The position numbers were made by a program, and so were the translations under genes. Shown piece by piece: positions 15,011 to 29,323 of a stretch of 64,000 bases of DNA; the stretch's first letter is position 1; the number at the start of each line of letters is the position of its first letter. Where the stretch lies: the NCBI GenBank assembly GCA_964016885.1, contig CAXHJY010000998.1, forward strand, positions 111,168 to 175,167. The letters are read 5' to 3'. Below the pieces are notes generated by a model. It had not been told where the DNA came from, searched no databases, and worked only from the letters and a program-made list of their open reading frames with translations. Source of the stretch: Eledone cirrhosa. Taxonomy: Eukaryota.

Positions 15011-15379
15011 AACTATCATTTACGTCGGGTCCAGACTCCCTATAATATAATTTCATGTATGTATGTATAAAATTGAACAATTTCATTTATATATATATGA
15101 ATATATAGTATATATAAACAAACACGGCTGTAGTTTATATATATACGCCCGTGCGAACACAAGGAAACGTACCCAGGAATAAAGTAGGTGATATTATTCA
15201 TATGTTGTATATATTAGTGAAATTGCATTTTATTACTTCTCAGTGTTTCGCGATTGTTTATGCGGTAATATATATATATATATGCATATATATATATATA
15301 ATATAAATATATATATATATATATAAGACGAGAGAAGAATTAATTTTATGTATGAGTTTATTCACTACATACATCCACT

Positions 15380-15414
<35 letters not shown>

Positions 15415-15416
<2 letters not shown>

Positions 15417-15552
15417 CGGGGAAATGTGGTAAGGAACCAGGTGGACCATAACGCACCAAAGTACTCAATACTTAGGGTAGTAGAGTGGGTAATTGGAACG
15501 AGTAGGACCTCCACGGCTGAGCTCAAGCCGTTTCGACGGCTAATTCTGGACT
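15415..15552 (-). mobile_element. Family A copy
   Basis: High identity to 14350-14487; truncated in the stem II loop; (TA)n on both sides. Confidence 0.8.
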
Positions 15553-15849
15553 ATATATATATATACACACACAGATATGTTGAGCGTGGGTACAAGTGAC
15601 TGTGTTTCGACTTGAAATAGTATAAGATACGTGAGAAGGAAGGAAATATAAATAGACTTTCGTCAATAAAGTGTGGGGGTAACATTTGTGAGACAGAGTT
15701 GTCGGGCTGGCACGTACACTCACACACACACAATCACACACACACACACTCACACACATACACACACACACACGCCTATATAAATGTCCTTGGGAAGGAA
15801 TAGAACCGTTCAACCCATGCAATAAAAAAAAAAGTGCAGGTAATATAAA

Positions 15850-15961
15850 AATTGTTTCTACTTTTTGGCACAAGGCCAGCAATTATTCCAGTGTATTACT
15901 GGTACTTTTATTTTATCGACCCCGTAAGGATGAAAGGCAAAGTTAACCTCGGCGGGATTTG
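15850..15961 (-). mobile_element. SINE family 1, 5'-truncated
   Basis: Same core and tail, reverse orientation. Confidence 0.85.
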
Positions 15962-16653
15962 GGAGGTAATATGATAATGATGATGATGATATATTAGCGA
16001 CCAGCTTTCTTGTAGACATTGTAGACATAGAGGTTGTAGTGAAGTTACTAATGGTTGTATTTTGGGTATGTTTTAGTTATGGTAAAGAATGTGGCTTTGT
16101 ATGTGTCTGTAGTACTTGTGGTTTTGGTAGTATAATCTGTGAGTTTTGATTTCTTTAATCAAAGGGCAGTTAATTAGAAAACGTAAGGAAATAATCCTTG
16201 TTTCGTTTCAAGAAAAAAACTGTTTAGTTCAGGCTGATTGGTTGGCTGTACAAATCGGAAAACTTTTATTTAGTTCAATCTGATTGGTTGATTCTACAGA
16301 GCAGTACCCTTTGAAGATCAAAGACGTCTGGTAGAGGTGGGTGGACCAAGAACAACAAAAATTAAAGGGGTGGGGGTGGGGGTGGGGGATATAGTCAGAA
16401 AGAAGTAGATTAAAACTCAGGAAAAGAAAAGAAAATAATAAAATAGTTAAGATTGGAATTGTCTAGACAATACTAATTATTTCTTATACTGGAGCAAAGC
16501 CGGATATCGTTGTTGTTGTTGTGGTTGTTGCTGTTGTTGTTATTTTTGTTGTTGTTCTTGTTGTTGTTATTTTTGTTGTTGTTGTTGTTTAAATGCAAGT
16601 CATTGAAACAGAAGTTTGTAATTGGTCTTCAACCACAGGTGAACAACAATGAA

Positions 16654-16825
16654 GGATATTTATTACTAAAGCCGTTCCAAATGAGACCATCCAGCATAAC
16701 ATTATAGATAATGGTCCCAGGATTTGGTCCCCAAGCACGGGTAAGTAGCGATACGGGATATTTATGACCAAAGCCGTTCCAAATGAGACCATCCTACATA
16801 ACCTTATATATAGTGGTCTTAGGAT
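16654..16825. repeat. Tandem duplication, ~103-bp period
   Basis: GGATATTTAT..AAAGCCGTTCCAAATGAGACCATCC occurs twice. Confidence 0.85.
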
Positions 16826-16939
16826 CATCAAATACTTATGTTTTCATTGATGTTGTTTTATTGTAGCCTGGACAAAGTATACATACTGTAGTAGTAGTAG
16901 TAGAAGTAGTAGTATTAGTAGTAGTAGTAGTAGTAGTAG

Positions 16940-16970
<31 letters not shown>

Positions 16971-17118
16971 AGTAGTTGTAGTAGTAGTAACAGCAGAACA
17001 AGCATAAGAAATTTAGAGGGACTGCATGTGAAGCGCGAAAATATTCTAAATTGATAAACATACAAACAAATAAATATGTGGCTGGCTCTGTCTCTCTCTC
17101 TATCTCTCTTTCTTTCTT

Positions 17119-17199
<81 letters not shown>

Positions 17200-17285
17200 G
17201 TGTGTGTGTGAGTAGTATGTATATAGATATAGATATAGTTAGATAGATAGTTAGATTGATTGATGGATAGATAGATAGATAGATC

Positions 17286-17346
<61 letters not shown>

Positions 17347-17689
17347 GGAGATAGATAGATAAGGAGAGAGAATGGGAAGCCAGAAGCGAAAAGGAAAGAA
17401 ATTCATGTATCTATATCTCTCTCTATATATATATATATCTATATATATACATATGTATGTATATTTATATATGTATGTATATATATATATATAGACATAT
17501 ATATATAGAGAGAGAGATAGAGGGGGGGGGGGGCTAGAAAGCAGGTGTTGTTGAAGCAGATGTCATAGGAGAGAGAAGGGGGGGGGGGAGCAGTGATAAT
17601 AATGTTTAATGTTGCATGAACAGAAAATGACGAATACCAGCCTAGAACTGCTTTAGTTTCTTGTTGGGAGGTGATGACGTCTATCGTTA

Positions 17690-17701
17690 TACATACATAC
17701 A

Positions 17702-17735
<34 letters not shown>

Positions 17736-17773
17736 CATACATACATACATACATACATACATACATACATACA

Positions 17774-17807
<34 letters not shown>

Positions 17808-17960
17808 CACACACACATACATACATACATACATACATACATACATACATACATACATACATGCATATATATATACATATATATATATATTTACATACAT
17901 ACACACATATATACTTACATACATACATACATACATACATAATTACATACATACATACAT
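17690..17960. repeat. (ACAT)n microsatellite
   Basis: Direct reading. Confidence 0.95.
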
Positions 17961-18353
17961 ATATATATATATGATGGCTGCCCCCTCGTTATCGAGTATG
18001 GCCATTGCACGATATACCATTATTAATAAGTATTAATTAATTATATCGTGCAATGCCTGTGCGTGAAGAAATTTTTTAAAGTGAGGAAAGACTGTGCACT
18101 GAGCCAATCCCACTCTCTGAGCGACAGTAGCTATAACCTGAATAGAAGAAAAGATCAAAATCATCGGTAACTACTGAGTGGCAGGTTTTATCTCGGATTA
18201 TCCCAGTTTCCTGAGTTACCTTCTCCTAGAAGAATTCCCTGACAAAGGCTAGGGGTCCTTCACTCCCAGTGGTTTAACCGCGTGATCGGATGTCCAGCTA
18301 GACTATTTCTATGTCCCTGCGCATATACATACACATGCACCCATGTATTTAAT

Positions 18354-18527
<174 letters not shown>

Positions 18528-18643
18528 ATGTATGTATATATTGTTACATTTGGGGAGGGTCATATTGTTATATTACTGCCAGAAATAATAACAGAACACA
18601 CTCACTGTTTGGTTTGGTTTTCGCTTCCGTATCTTTTATATCT

Positions 18644-18726
<83 letters not shown>

Positions 18727-19279
18727 GCAACCACAATGAATAGGACGGTTGATAAGCTAGCTGGAGCCACAAAAGCGCCATAAAAAAATCAATGTAAAAG
18801 TAATTTAGATGTATTAGAAATTAACTTTATTGAGTGATCATGTCGGTTTAAATATCTATATTAGTGGTTCTTTGTAGAGTAAGTAAGTATAGTATGATCT
18901 ATGGTGTTAGAGAGAAGAAAGGCAGATTATATTGTGATGATGGTAGACATCGTTCATTATCAGCATTGTTATGTTCGTTTGAAATACTCATGTGGTGAAA
19001 CGAGCACACACACACACATGCACACACACATGCACACATACACACACATACATAGACACATAGACACACACGCGCACAAACACACACACACACACACACA
19101 CAGATATATATATAAATATATAGTAAAACAAGGACGAATGGTTACACTCCTTCATTACGTTTATTGGTTGGTGACGCACGTTTCGTTATTGATCAGCTCA
19201 AGGTTCGATCTATATCGATCTAGCCCGACTCTGTAATCAGGAATATATTAGGTTAACGCTTGAAATAGCAGGGAGAGGG

Positions 19280-19317
19280 TTTTGACGTTTCGAACGCAAG
19301 TCCTTCATCAGAAGAAA
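19280..19317 (-). ncRNA. Minimal hammerhead motif
   Basis: Reverse complement reads TTTCTT-CTGATGA-AGGAC-TTGC-GTTC-GAAAC-GTC-AAAA, followed by a TCAAGCGTTAACCTAATA tail like that at 50334. Confidence 0.65.
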
Positions 19318-19432
19318 GAATGAGAAATAAGATAGATTGAAGGGACGGGCGGGTTGGAATTGGAAAAAAATGTCTGTAGATAAAAATAACAGGTCCATTC
19401 ATGTTGACATCTCTTGTCATTCATGTTGAAAC

Positions 19433-19463
<31 letters not shown>

Positions 19464-19501
19464 AAATGTGGAGAGGAAGCACACGAGTTATGATATATAT
19501 A

Positions 19502-19851
19502 TATGAAAACGGGGAGAAAGAGACGATTATTAGGAAGAAAAATATATTATTTTCCTTTTTTGTTTCTCTCTCTCTTTTTTCTGGGTTAGAAAATGATTAA
19601 AACGAAATGTTTTAATTTGTGTGAAGTGTTAAGGTATTAGTTGATTTATTTATTATTTAACAATGGCATTTTTTTAATCTATTTATATATTTAATTATTG
19701 TCTATTACCTTATAATATCAACTAATACCTTAACACTTCACACAAAGTAAAACATTTCGTTTTAATCATTTTCTAACCCAGAAAAAAGAGAGAGAGAAAC
19801 AAAAAAGGAAAAACATATTTTTCTTCCTAATAATCGTCTCTTTCACCCTGT

Positions 19852-19858
<7 letters not shown>
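19502..19858. repeat. TA-flanked inverted repeat, ~145-bp arms
   Basis: 19502-19645 vs 19717-19858; a non-folded copy of the family lies at 8489-8697. Confidence 0.9.
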
Positions 19859-19887
<29 letters not shown>

Positions 19888-19889
<2 letters not shown>

Positions 19890-19996
19890 AAGGCGGGTAA
19901 AATTCCCGAGATCCATGGACGAGTTCTCTCCAGCGGTCTCTGTCCCTCATTATCGCTGCCGTGTCATGTCCTAAGGACAGACACTGGTCTGTTGGA

Positions 19997-19999
<3 letters not shown>
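19888..19999 (-). mobile_element. Second RTE-like LINE 3' end with a ~30-nt 5' inversion
   Basis: AAIMRDRDRWRELVHGSREFYPP*; 19969-19999 is inverted relative to the copy at 20344. Confidence 0.8.
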
Positions 20000-20071
<72 letters not shown>

Positions 20072-20309
20072 TAAATGAAAAAGCAATGTTGTCTCTGATC
20101 GAGAGGAAGTGAAAGTGTATTTAAATACATATACAAATGAGAAAATGTATCGCTAGAACAGCCAGTAAAACAGCAAATAAAACATTTTCCCCATCGCTGT
20201 CTTTAACACTTTCCTCATCGCTTCTCCAAACAATTTAGGAGTCTTTTCCTACTATATCAAGTGTTAAACTCATTTGTTTCTTTATTGTGTAGCTTTTCTA
20301 CGGTTTGTA

Positions 20310-20342
<33 letters not shown>

Positions 20343-20343
20343 C

Positions 20344-20498
20344 TATGGCCGGTAAAATTCCCGAGATCCATGGACAAATTCTCTCCAGCGGTCTCTGTCC
20401 CTCATTATCGCTGCCATCTCCTGCGTCTTCAACAGACCAGTGTCTGTCCTTAGGGCATCAACATACGTTAACCTTGGTCTTCCTCTTCCAGTGTGTCC
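20344..20498 (-). mobile_element. RTE-like LINE 3' end
   Basis: GHTGRGRPRLTYVDALRTDTGLLKTQEMAAIMRDRDRWREFVHGSREFYRP*, typical RTE C-terminal GRPR..Y.D / DR..WR motifs; TA-flanked. Confidence 0.82.
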
Positions 20499-20623
20499 AT
20501 ATATATATGTGTGTGTGTGTGTGTGAGTGTATTTATTTGCGTGTGTTGTATGCGTGTGTCATTGTAGATATATTAGAACAAATGAATACGTCGAAACCGA
20601 AAACAGATAATACTGATAATAAT

Positions 20624-20812
20624 TGTTTCTACTTTTGGCACAAGGCCAGCAATTACCCAGTACATTACTGGTACTTTATTTTATCGACCCTGTAAGGATG
20701 AAAGGCAAAGTTAACCTCGGCGGGATTTGAACTCAGACCATAAAGGGCCGTAACTCTTTGCTGTAAAGCATGGCGTCCGACCCTCTACTGATACTGCCAA
20801 TCCACTGCCCTA
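20624..20812 (-). mobile_element. SINE family 1, full length with TSD
   Basis: Core and tail; ATAATACTGATAATAAT duplicated on both sides. Confidence 0.9.
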
Positions 20813-21483
20813 AATAATACTGATAATAATAATAATAATAATAATAATACAAAGAAGAAGAAGAAGAAGAAGAAGAAGAAGAATGTTGGACAACAGAAGC
20901 GAAGGAAAAAATGGTGACACAGCAATTACAAAATACACACACACCAGACTAACGAAGAGAAGAACAAAGTATCTTATTTAGAAATGTCTGCAAATGAAGT
21001 TCTACGAAGTTTCTGTGTCTATCTTCGAGGTGTTTTGATAAAATCTTCATTACTAGAAGACAGGTAACATAATTGATGCCGATTTTAACAGTTATTTTGA
21101 CATGTGACGTCTGTAGTTGAATTATAGATTAGATGAAATAATTGAAGTAAATATGTTTGGCGTAGAATATAATGTCGACTGATCAATCGACACAAACGAC
21201 AGTATGTATTTCTCTCTCTCTATATATATGTACACCCGTATATAATCAGGTACACTGTCGCGAGAAGTAACATAGATACAAACGTTGTATCAGTTTAGTC
21301 AATTTAAATCGTATCCAATACTAGACTAGTACATATTTTATAGATAATCGTAGGACTAAAAATGAAAGACAGCTGACGAATGTAATTCAGAAGAGATATG
21401 TCTAAAGTGATAGAATACTAACTCTTCAACAAAAGCAAGATAATTGATAAATAGATAATTCTCTATATAGATAATAAACACAT

Positions 21484-21815
21484 CTACAAGGATATGGTCC
21501 GCACGTGGAAGAGCCGAACTCCCACTGTCATCGCCTCCATCTCTCTCGCCCTCCCCATATTTCTGTATGGTGAGCAAATGGGGTCCCACGTGCTGGCCTT
21601 CTCACAGCCCCTGCGGAAAGAATGGAGAAGGCGTTTCCCCGGAGGATGGTGAGCGAGAGGCGTTGGAAGAGCCATTCCATCTCGCGAGGCTCCCACCCGC
21701 GTCTGGCTAGCTCAGTGCCTATGGTGGTGAGTAGGGAGGTAGTCCTAGGGCCAAGGACACCAGAAGTCTCCACTTCCAAGGACACGACCGCAAACCTGTT
21801 GGAGGGCGGACCGGT
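21484..21815 (-). mobile_element. CRE-like (RLE-endonuclease) non-LTR retrotransposon 3' fragment
   Basis: GC-rich island; VETSGVLGP...RE.EWLFQRLSLTILRGNA..IL matches the C-terminal ET.G..G / QRLS.A.QRGNA signature. Confidence 0.8.
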
Positions 21816-22271
21816 AATTGGAGAGTCTGAAGTTTTATACCGAAATTCATTTTGTCTCATACACAATTGAAGTTAAGCTAGGTAAATTATTAAACAATAT
21901 ATGTCTAAATATAAAATTATATGTAGGCGTTTAAAAATATACGGTATGTTCACGAAAAACATTTTGGAGACCTTTCCTTGTGAATTTTAAGGCCTTCAAA
22001 ATTTTATTCATAAACATTTTGTAGGCCTTAAAATATATTTTTAAATATGAAATACGTACATTCATATGTATATCACTATTTCGGAGCACCAACACAAATT
22101 TATAAGATTATATATATATATATATATATTTATATGTGTTGTTAACTAATGATTGTATGTATATATATATATATAATCAGTACATTGTACGTCTCTGTAT
22201 AATTGCCTTTGTGTCTTTTATAAAAGATACAGCATGTCAATACATACCAATATTTAAATACAGAGATGCGT

Positions 22272-22335
<64 letters not shown>

Positions 22336-22489
22336 ATATATATATACGCACATGCATAATATACACACACATATCTGTCAGTAATTAAGAAGTTCAGTGC
22401 ATCTGCCAAACACAGAAAATCAGGCGTCCTAGACGCACACGTTTGTGCAATGGTGTATGTTTGTGTTAGTATTTCGTTATGTATATATG

Positions 22490-22720
22490 TGTGTGCGTGC
22501 GTATGTGTGTGTGTGTGTGTGTGTGTTTATGTGTATGTGTGCATGTGTATGTACATGTGTGTGTATGTGTGTGTGTGTTTATGTGTGTGTATGCGTGTGT
22601 ATGTACATGTGTGTGTATGTGTGTGTGTGTTTATGTGTGTGTATGCGTGTGTATGTACATGTGTGTGTATGTGTGTGTGTGTTTATGTGTGTGTATGCGT
22701 GTGTGTGTGTGTGTAAGTGT

Positions 22721-22780
<60 letters not shown>
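22490..22780. repeat. (TG)n-derived ~52-bp higher-order repeat
   Basis: Recurring GTGTATGTACATGTGTGTGTATGTG..TTTATGTG units. Confidence 0.85.
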
Positions 22781-22781
<1 letters not shown>

Positions 22782-23024
22782 CAGGACATTCAGTAGGGAA
22801 GGCGACAGTAGTCTTATCAAACCACAGCTTATTACATCCATTATCGCGATATTTATCAACGGTTTTTATTTGTTTACCTATTATTATTATTACTATTATT
22901 ATTAATGTTGCTGTTGCTGTTGTTGTTGTTGTATTTCATCTTATTTCACTGAGTGAACTGGTTTATCATTGGTGTAGCTAGATTTGCACCTTTCTATCTT
23001 TATAATATAATAGTGGATTATAAT

Positions 23025-23212
23025 GGTGGATTGGCAGTATTGGTAAAAGGTCGGACGTCATGTTTGGAGCATAGAGTTATGGCCCTTTATGATCTGATTT
23101 AAAATCCCGCCGAGGTTAACTTTGCTTTTCAACCTTACGGGGTCGATAAAATAAATTACCAGTAATTTACTGGGATAATTACTGGCCTTGTGACAAAAGT
23201 CGAAACATTTAT
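23025..23212 (+). mobile_element. SINE family 1
   Basis: Same head, core and tail as 1575. Confidence 0.88.
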
Positions 23213-23231
23213 TATAATAAACAACCTCTCA

Positions 23232-23655
23232 ATCAACTTACATCCAACCAACCAGCCATCCAACTAGCCAACCATCCATTCAGCCAGACAGACAGACGGC
23301 CAATCAGTCAGCCAGCCATCTAACCAGCCAACCATCCAACCAACCAACCAGCCAGTCAGCCCTCCAGCCATGCAGCCAGCCAGACAGACGGCCAATCAGT
23401 CAGCCAACCATCCAACCAACTAACCAACCATCCAACCAACCAACCAGCCAGTCAGCCCTCCAGCCATGCAGCCAGCCAGACAGACGGCAAATCAGTCAGC
23501 CAACCAACCAACCAACCAGCCAGCCATCTATCCAGCCATCCAGCCAGAGAGACAGACAAAGAGTCAGCGAGAGTCAGCCAGCAAGCAAATGCCAGCCAGC
23601 CAGTCAGACAGACAGACGGACTATCAGCCAACCAACCAGCCTTTCAGCCAGCAAG
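23232..23655. repeat. Degenerate tetranucleotide array (CCAG/CCAA/ACAG)
   Basis: Direct reading, with internal higher-order duplication. Confidence 0.9.
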
Positions 23656-23821
23656 TCTGGTAACAAATCATTTAAGGTTTTTGGGGTGGTAGTGGTGGTG
23701 GTCTTGGTGGTGTTGGTGGTGTTTGGGGAGGGTAGTAGGATTCTGCAGAGAGAGTAGGAGGAGTAGTAAGAGATAGAAGAAAAGGGAGAACTGTAGGAAT
23801 CCATAAGATTAATTAATATAG

Positions 23822-24024
23822 ATTTCCAATCTAGACACAAGGCCATCAATTTGGTAGGGTGGGGCGAATATCGATTATATCGATATCAGTATTTGATTGT
23901 TACTTTATTTTATCGACCCAGCAAGGATGAAAGGCGGGAATTGAGCTCAGAATGTAAAGGGCCGTAACTATATGCTGCAAAATAGGGTGTCCGGCACGCT
24001 ACTGATACTGTCAATCCAGTGCCC
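23822..24024 (-). mobile_element. SINE family 1, longer-tail variant
   Basis: Core with an internal deletion; CACAAGGCC tail. Confidence 0.8.
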
Positions 24025-24330
24025 AACAACAATAATAATGAAATTAGCAATAGCAACAACAACAACAACATAAATACAGCAACAACATCAACAATAATAC
24101 TAACATTAATTATAACAATAACATCAGCAACAAATACAAGTGTAATTCTTACAAAACCAACTCCATGCTTTTAAATAAAAAATCTTGCACGTGGTTATAA
24201 AAATGAATTGAGACACTTTACTCCAATAGTTGACTGGTACTTCATTTTATTATATCCATTTCTATCGCAGTAACATAACCGTGATTTCAACTTCAGATCT
24301 AGACGTCTTGAGTGTTCTGCTTGGAAATGA

Positions 24331-24392
<62 letters not shown>

Positions 24393-24400
<8 letters not shown>

Positions 24401-25193
24401 TATCGAGAATCGGAATCTCGGCCCACGAAATAACGAAACACAATCTTCGAAATGCGTGGCAAAGGGCTCAATAGTTTGGATAAACCAGAGCTATAACTAT
24501 CGTTTAAATACCAACACATAGAGACAATGCTTAAAATCATTCGCACAGCCGAATAAACGATCAGGAAAATTCGAGTCACACAAATAATAAATTAAATGAA
24601 TGAAAAATCTTACCCGGACCCATTAGAAGGATGTTAAATTCCAGCCCTTTCGTCTCCGCGGTTCCCAAATCAGTTACCGTCAGCCTACATAAAAAATATC
24701 TGACTTCTGGTAAAAAGATGAACGAGGGAACCACTTTTTCAACAGGCATTTCGTTCAAAAATACAAAGGCATCCGTTACTAAATCCACGTGGGGTCTAGC
24801 AAGGGAGGGAACCCCTATACTAGGCGTATGAATTCAGTAGTGTATATATTTGTAAAAATACAAAATATCACATATCGAATTAGAGTTGTCAACAGACGGG
24901 TTACAATCAACATGAGCTATTCATCAGTCAATAAGATCAACTAAAAAATCAATAAAATTAACTGGTCAATAGCTAAAGACTGGAGATAAATACAAATAAA
25001 TTATCGAGAATCGGAAACTCGGCCCACGAAATAACGAAACACAATCTTCGAAATGCGTGGCAAAGGGCTCAACAGTTTGGACAAACCAGAGCCACAACTA
25101 TCGCCCAAATACCAACACATAAAGACAATGCTTAAAATCATTCGCACAGCCGAAAAAACGACCAGGAAAATTCGGGTCATACAAATAATAAAT

Positions 25194-25197
<4 letters not shown>
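24393..25197. mobile_element. TA-flanked element with ~205-bp direct terminal repeats (601-bp period)
   Basis: 24393-24597 repeated at 24994-25198; no TG..CA LTR ends; degenerate CTGATGA motif on the - strand near 24925. Confidence 0.75.
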
Positions 25198-25230
<33 letters not shown>

Positions 25231-25359
25231 TGTATTTAAGGTCGAGTGACGCAACTTCGAGTGATTAGCGGACTTTAGACTCACCTATTCAATGAAACAA
25301 TTGTTAATACTGTAAATAAAACCCTTTTTGTACAGCCGACCATATTATTCTTCACTCAT

Positions 25360-25424
<65 letters not shown>

Positions 25425-25432
25425 ATACATAC

Positions 25433-25533
<101 letters not shown>

Positions 25534-25874
25534 CATGTACATATATATATATATATATATACACACCAAATCTTGTTTAGCTTTAATTTTATGTGTCGTT
25601 TAGTATGGCAAACTACTTAGTGTTGCTCTCTTTATTACACATTATATTAGCTATGACACTGTGGGGGTACACAAACAATTTTACCCCCATTAACACTCAT
25701 TTACCATTTTATTTCATAGAATATATGCTTTAATTTTATATATTTGTTTTCTTTACATGTATGTCGATATTGTTGCTTTTATTGTTGTTATTATTGCTGC
25801 TGTGGTGATGAGGGGGTAGGTGAATGTGTGTTTATTTAGGAATGATATATATATATATGTATATACACACGCAG

Positions 25875-25907
<33 letters not shown>

Positions 25908-25955
25908 TATATATATATTCATACATATATATTATACATATATATATATATATTT

Positions 25956-26033
<78 letters not shown>

Positions 26034-26068
26034 GAAAGTAAAACAAAGAAGCCTTCAATATATATAAC

Positions 26069-26148
<80 letters not shown>

Positions 26149-26697
26149 ATATATGAGTGTGTGTGTGTTAGATAGTGTGTGTAATTGTGTGTGTATATAT
26201 AAGTATGTGTATATTTTATCGTTTTTCTCAACACACACAGTCCTCGTTCTCTCCCATAAGTCTCTTTTTCCTAGTTGGAATATATACGATGACATAAATT
26301 GCCTCAATCAACACTTGGCATGTTTTTCTGTATAAAATGGTATTGTATAGTGTAGTATAGTATTGTGTGTTATAATATAGAATACGATAAAGTGTATCAT
26401 AGTATAATAAGGTACAGTATAATATTCTACAGATATAATCGTATAGTATCGCATTGTTTATATATAATTTATAGATTATATATACACAGTACCCACAAAT
26501 GCCCCCATATTAATTCTGGTACATACACACACACACAATATATATATATATATATATATATGCAAAAGTTCTATTTAAAATTGTTGGGATACAACAAGTA
26601 AATATTTTATAACTGATATAAAGCACTCGACAAGTGCTTAACACTATAACTAATAAAATAATTATAAACATCTCACTATCCAGACAGCTTCCAAAAA

Positions 26698-26859
26698 TAA
26701 TGGTTGCATCTAATAGGGTACGTCAAAATTATTTATAAAACTGTTTATATATTGTATTTTGTCTGATGAAGGCATACCATATTTTAATTTGGTATCCCTG
26801 AAATATGTATAATGAATAAATATGGTTTTATAAATATAGTTTCCATTTATTTAATATCG

Positions 26860-26860
<1 letters not shown>
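26698..26860 (+). mobile_element. HHR-bearing TA-flanked module, family H
   Basis: CTGATGA 26763-69, stem II AGGCATACCA/TGGTATCCCT, GAAA-TATG-TA; homologous to 34866-34998 (-) and 56008-56175 (+). Confidence 0.7.
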
Positions 26861-26932
<72 letters not shown>

Positions 26933-27050
26933 GTGTGTGTGTGTATGTATATATTTAGGTATAGAATTTAAAATCTGATCACACATGACCATCTATGATA
27001 TCTCAAATATATATATATATAGTATATATATATATATATATATATATAGT

Positions 27051-27169
27051 GAAGGCGTGTGGCTGAGTGGTTAGAGAATTGGATTCGCAATCATAAGGTT
27101 GTGAGTTCGATTCCTGGACCAGGCGATGCGTTATGTCCTTGAGCAAGACACTTTATTTCACATTGCTCC
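27051..27169 (+). mobile_element. SINE family 2, 3'-truncated
   Basis: A and B boxes, TCCTTGAGCAAGACACTT. Confidence 0.85.
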
Positions 27170-27671
27170 TTCTACCTGGAGTTGCGACCGATAGATAGTA
27201 TTAGCAATTGGAAAGACCAACGGAAACATTGTTCCCTCGGTCCGATTTGACGAAAGTCGATCGTCTTCTTATATATATATATATATATATATGTATATGT
27301 ATATGTATATATATATATATAGGTATGTGTGGGTTCATGGCCAAAAGGCATTGGCAATTACACAATTATTCATTACACACATAACACAGACATATATAAG
27401 CAGACATATCTGGCATCAAAACTCACGCCTAACAACATAGTGGAAAAACAATAAAACTGAACACAACAGAGGAAGGCATGAAGACAACAAACAACAGATG
27501 CATTTAAGTAAATAATAGTAATAGTAATAACAACATAATAATAATAATAGTAATAGTATTAACAACATAATAATAATAATAGTAATAGTATTAACAACAT
27601 AATGGAATATAAATATGTGAAAATAGGAGTGAGCCATTGTGTAGAATGTATAACAGCTTAATTTTCTTTCT

Positions 27672-27715
<44 letters not shown>

Positions 27716-27825
27716 ATGACTGCCGTTCCACTACGTCGAGAAGAAAACCTATTTTTCTTACTTATTTTCAACAGTATCAACTTTTAATGGACATTTAATA
27801 GGGAGAGGAAAATGAAAGAGAGGAG

Positions 27826-27863
<38 letters not shown>

Positions 27864-28110
27864 CACATACGCGTCATACACATACGCCGTGATGTGATCC
27901 TTAAAAGATCTCTTAATTTTTTGACGAGCAATTTTAACAGTTGTTTCATTTTTTGGTGTCTACTTGTCCTTTTATGATTGAGAATGATATTGTGTGTATA
28001 TTGTTTTGTTTGTGTGTGAGGGAGAGATAGATAGAGATGCATAGAGAGATACATAGATAGATACATAGATAGATACATAGATAGATAGGGAGATAGATAG
28101 ATAGATAGAT

Positions 28111-28148
<38 letters not shown>

Positions 28149-28718
28149 GTAGATAGATAGATAGATAGATAGATAGAGAAATAGATAGATATATAGATAT
28201 GTTTCTTTATTAGCCACAGGGGCACAAAAGAAGGAGACAAATACAAAGGGGGAAGTTTACATACAATATATAAATAGATAGAGAGGGAGAGACAGAGAAC
28301 CCGACAGAAAGAGAGTGTTTGCGTGTGTGCACAGGCATATTCTTAATGTCTATATATGGAACATTTGCAATATTCTGGCCCGAAATCGTTCCGTAGCATA
28401 TTAGCATAAAATCCTCGATATATACTTAACAAGTGTTTTATAATATTAAAACGAACTATATGTATATTATGACGCGAACTTCAAACTGTCACTGTAGACC
28501 TTATATAATGTGTTGTTTTTTAAGATGTTAAAGAATGGTTTAAGAGAAATTCGGCTGCTATTTCTAGGTACCTTTCCAATATAACATTGAGTCTTATTTT
28601 GTGTGGGATTATGCATGTTTGATTGGAGGGAGGGTGGGGCACGTATCTTTGTATGAATATTTCTCATTCTATCCTTGATGTGTACTTGTGTGTCTCTCTC
28701 TGTCTCTTTCTCTCTCTT

Positions 28719-28751
<33 letters not shown>

Positions 28752-28777
28752 GTGTGTGTGTGTATTTATATATAAGT

Positions 28778-29323
<546 letters not shown>

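Noticed and set aside
24393-25197. LTR retrotransposon or TRIM
   Set aside because: No TG..CA termini, primer-binding site, polypurine tract or 4-6 bp TSD seen; better treated as terminal redundancy
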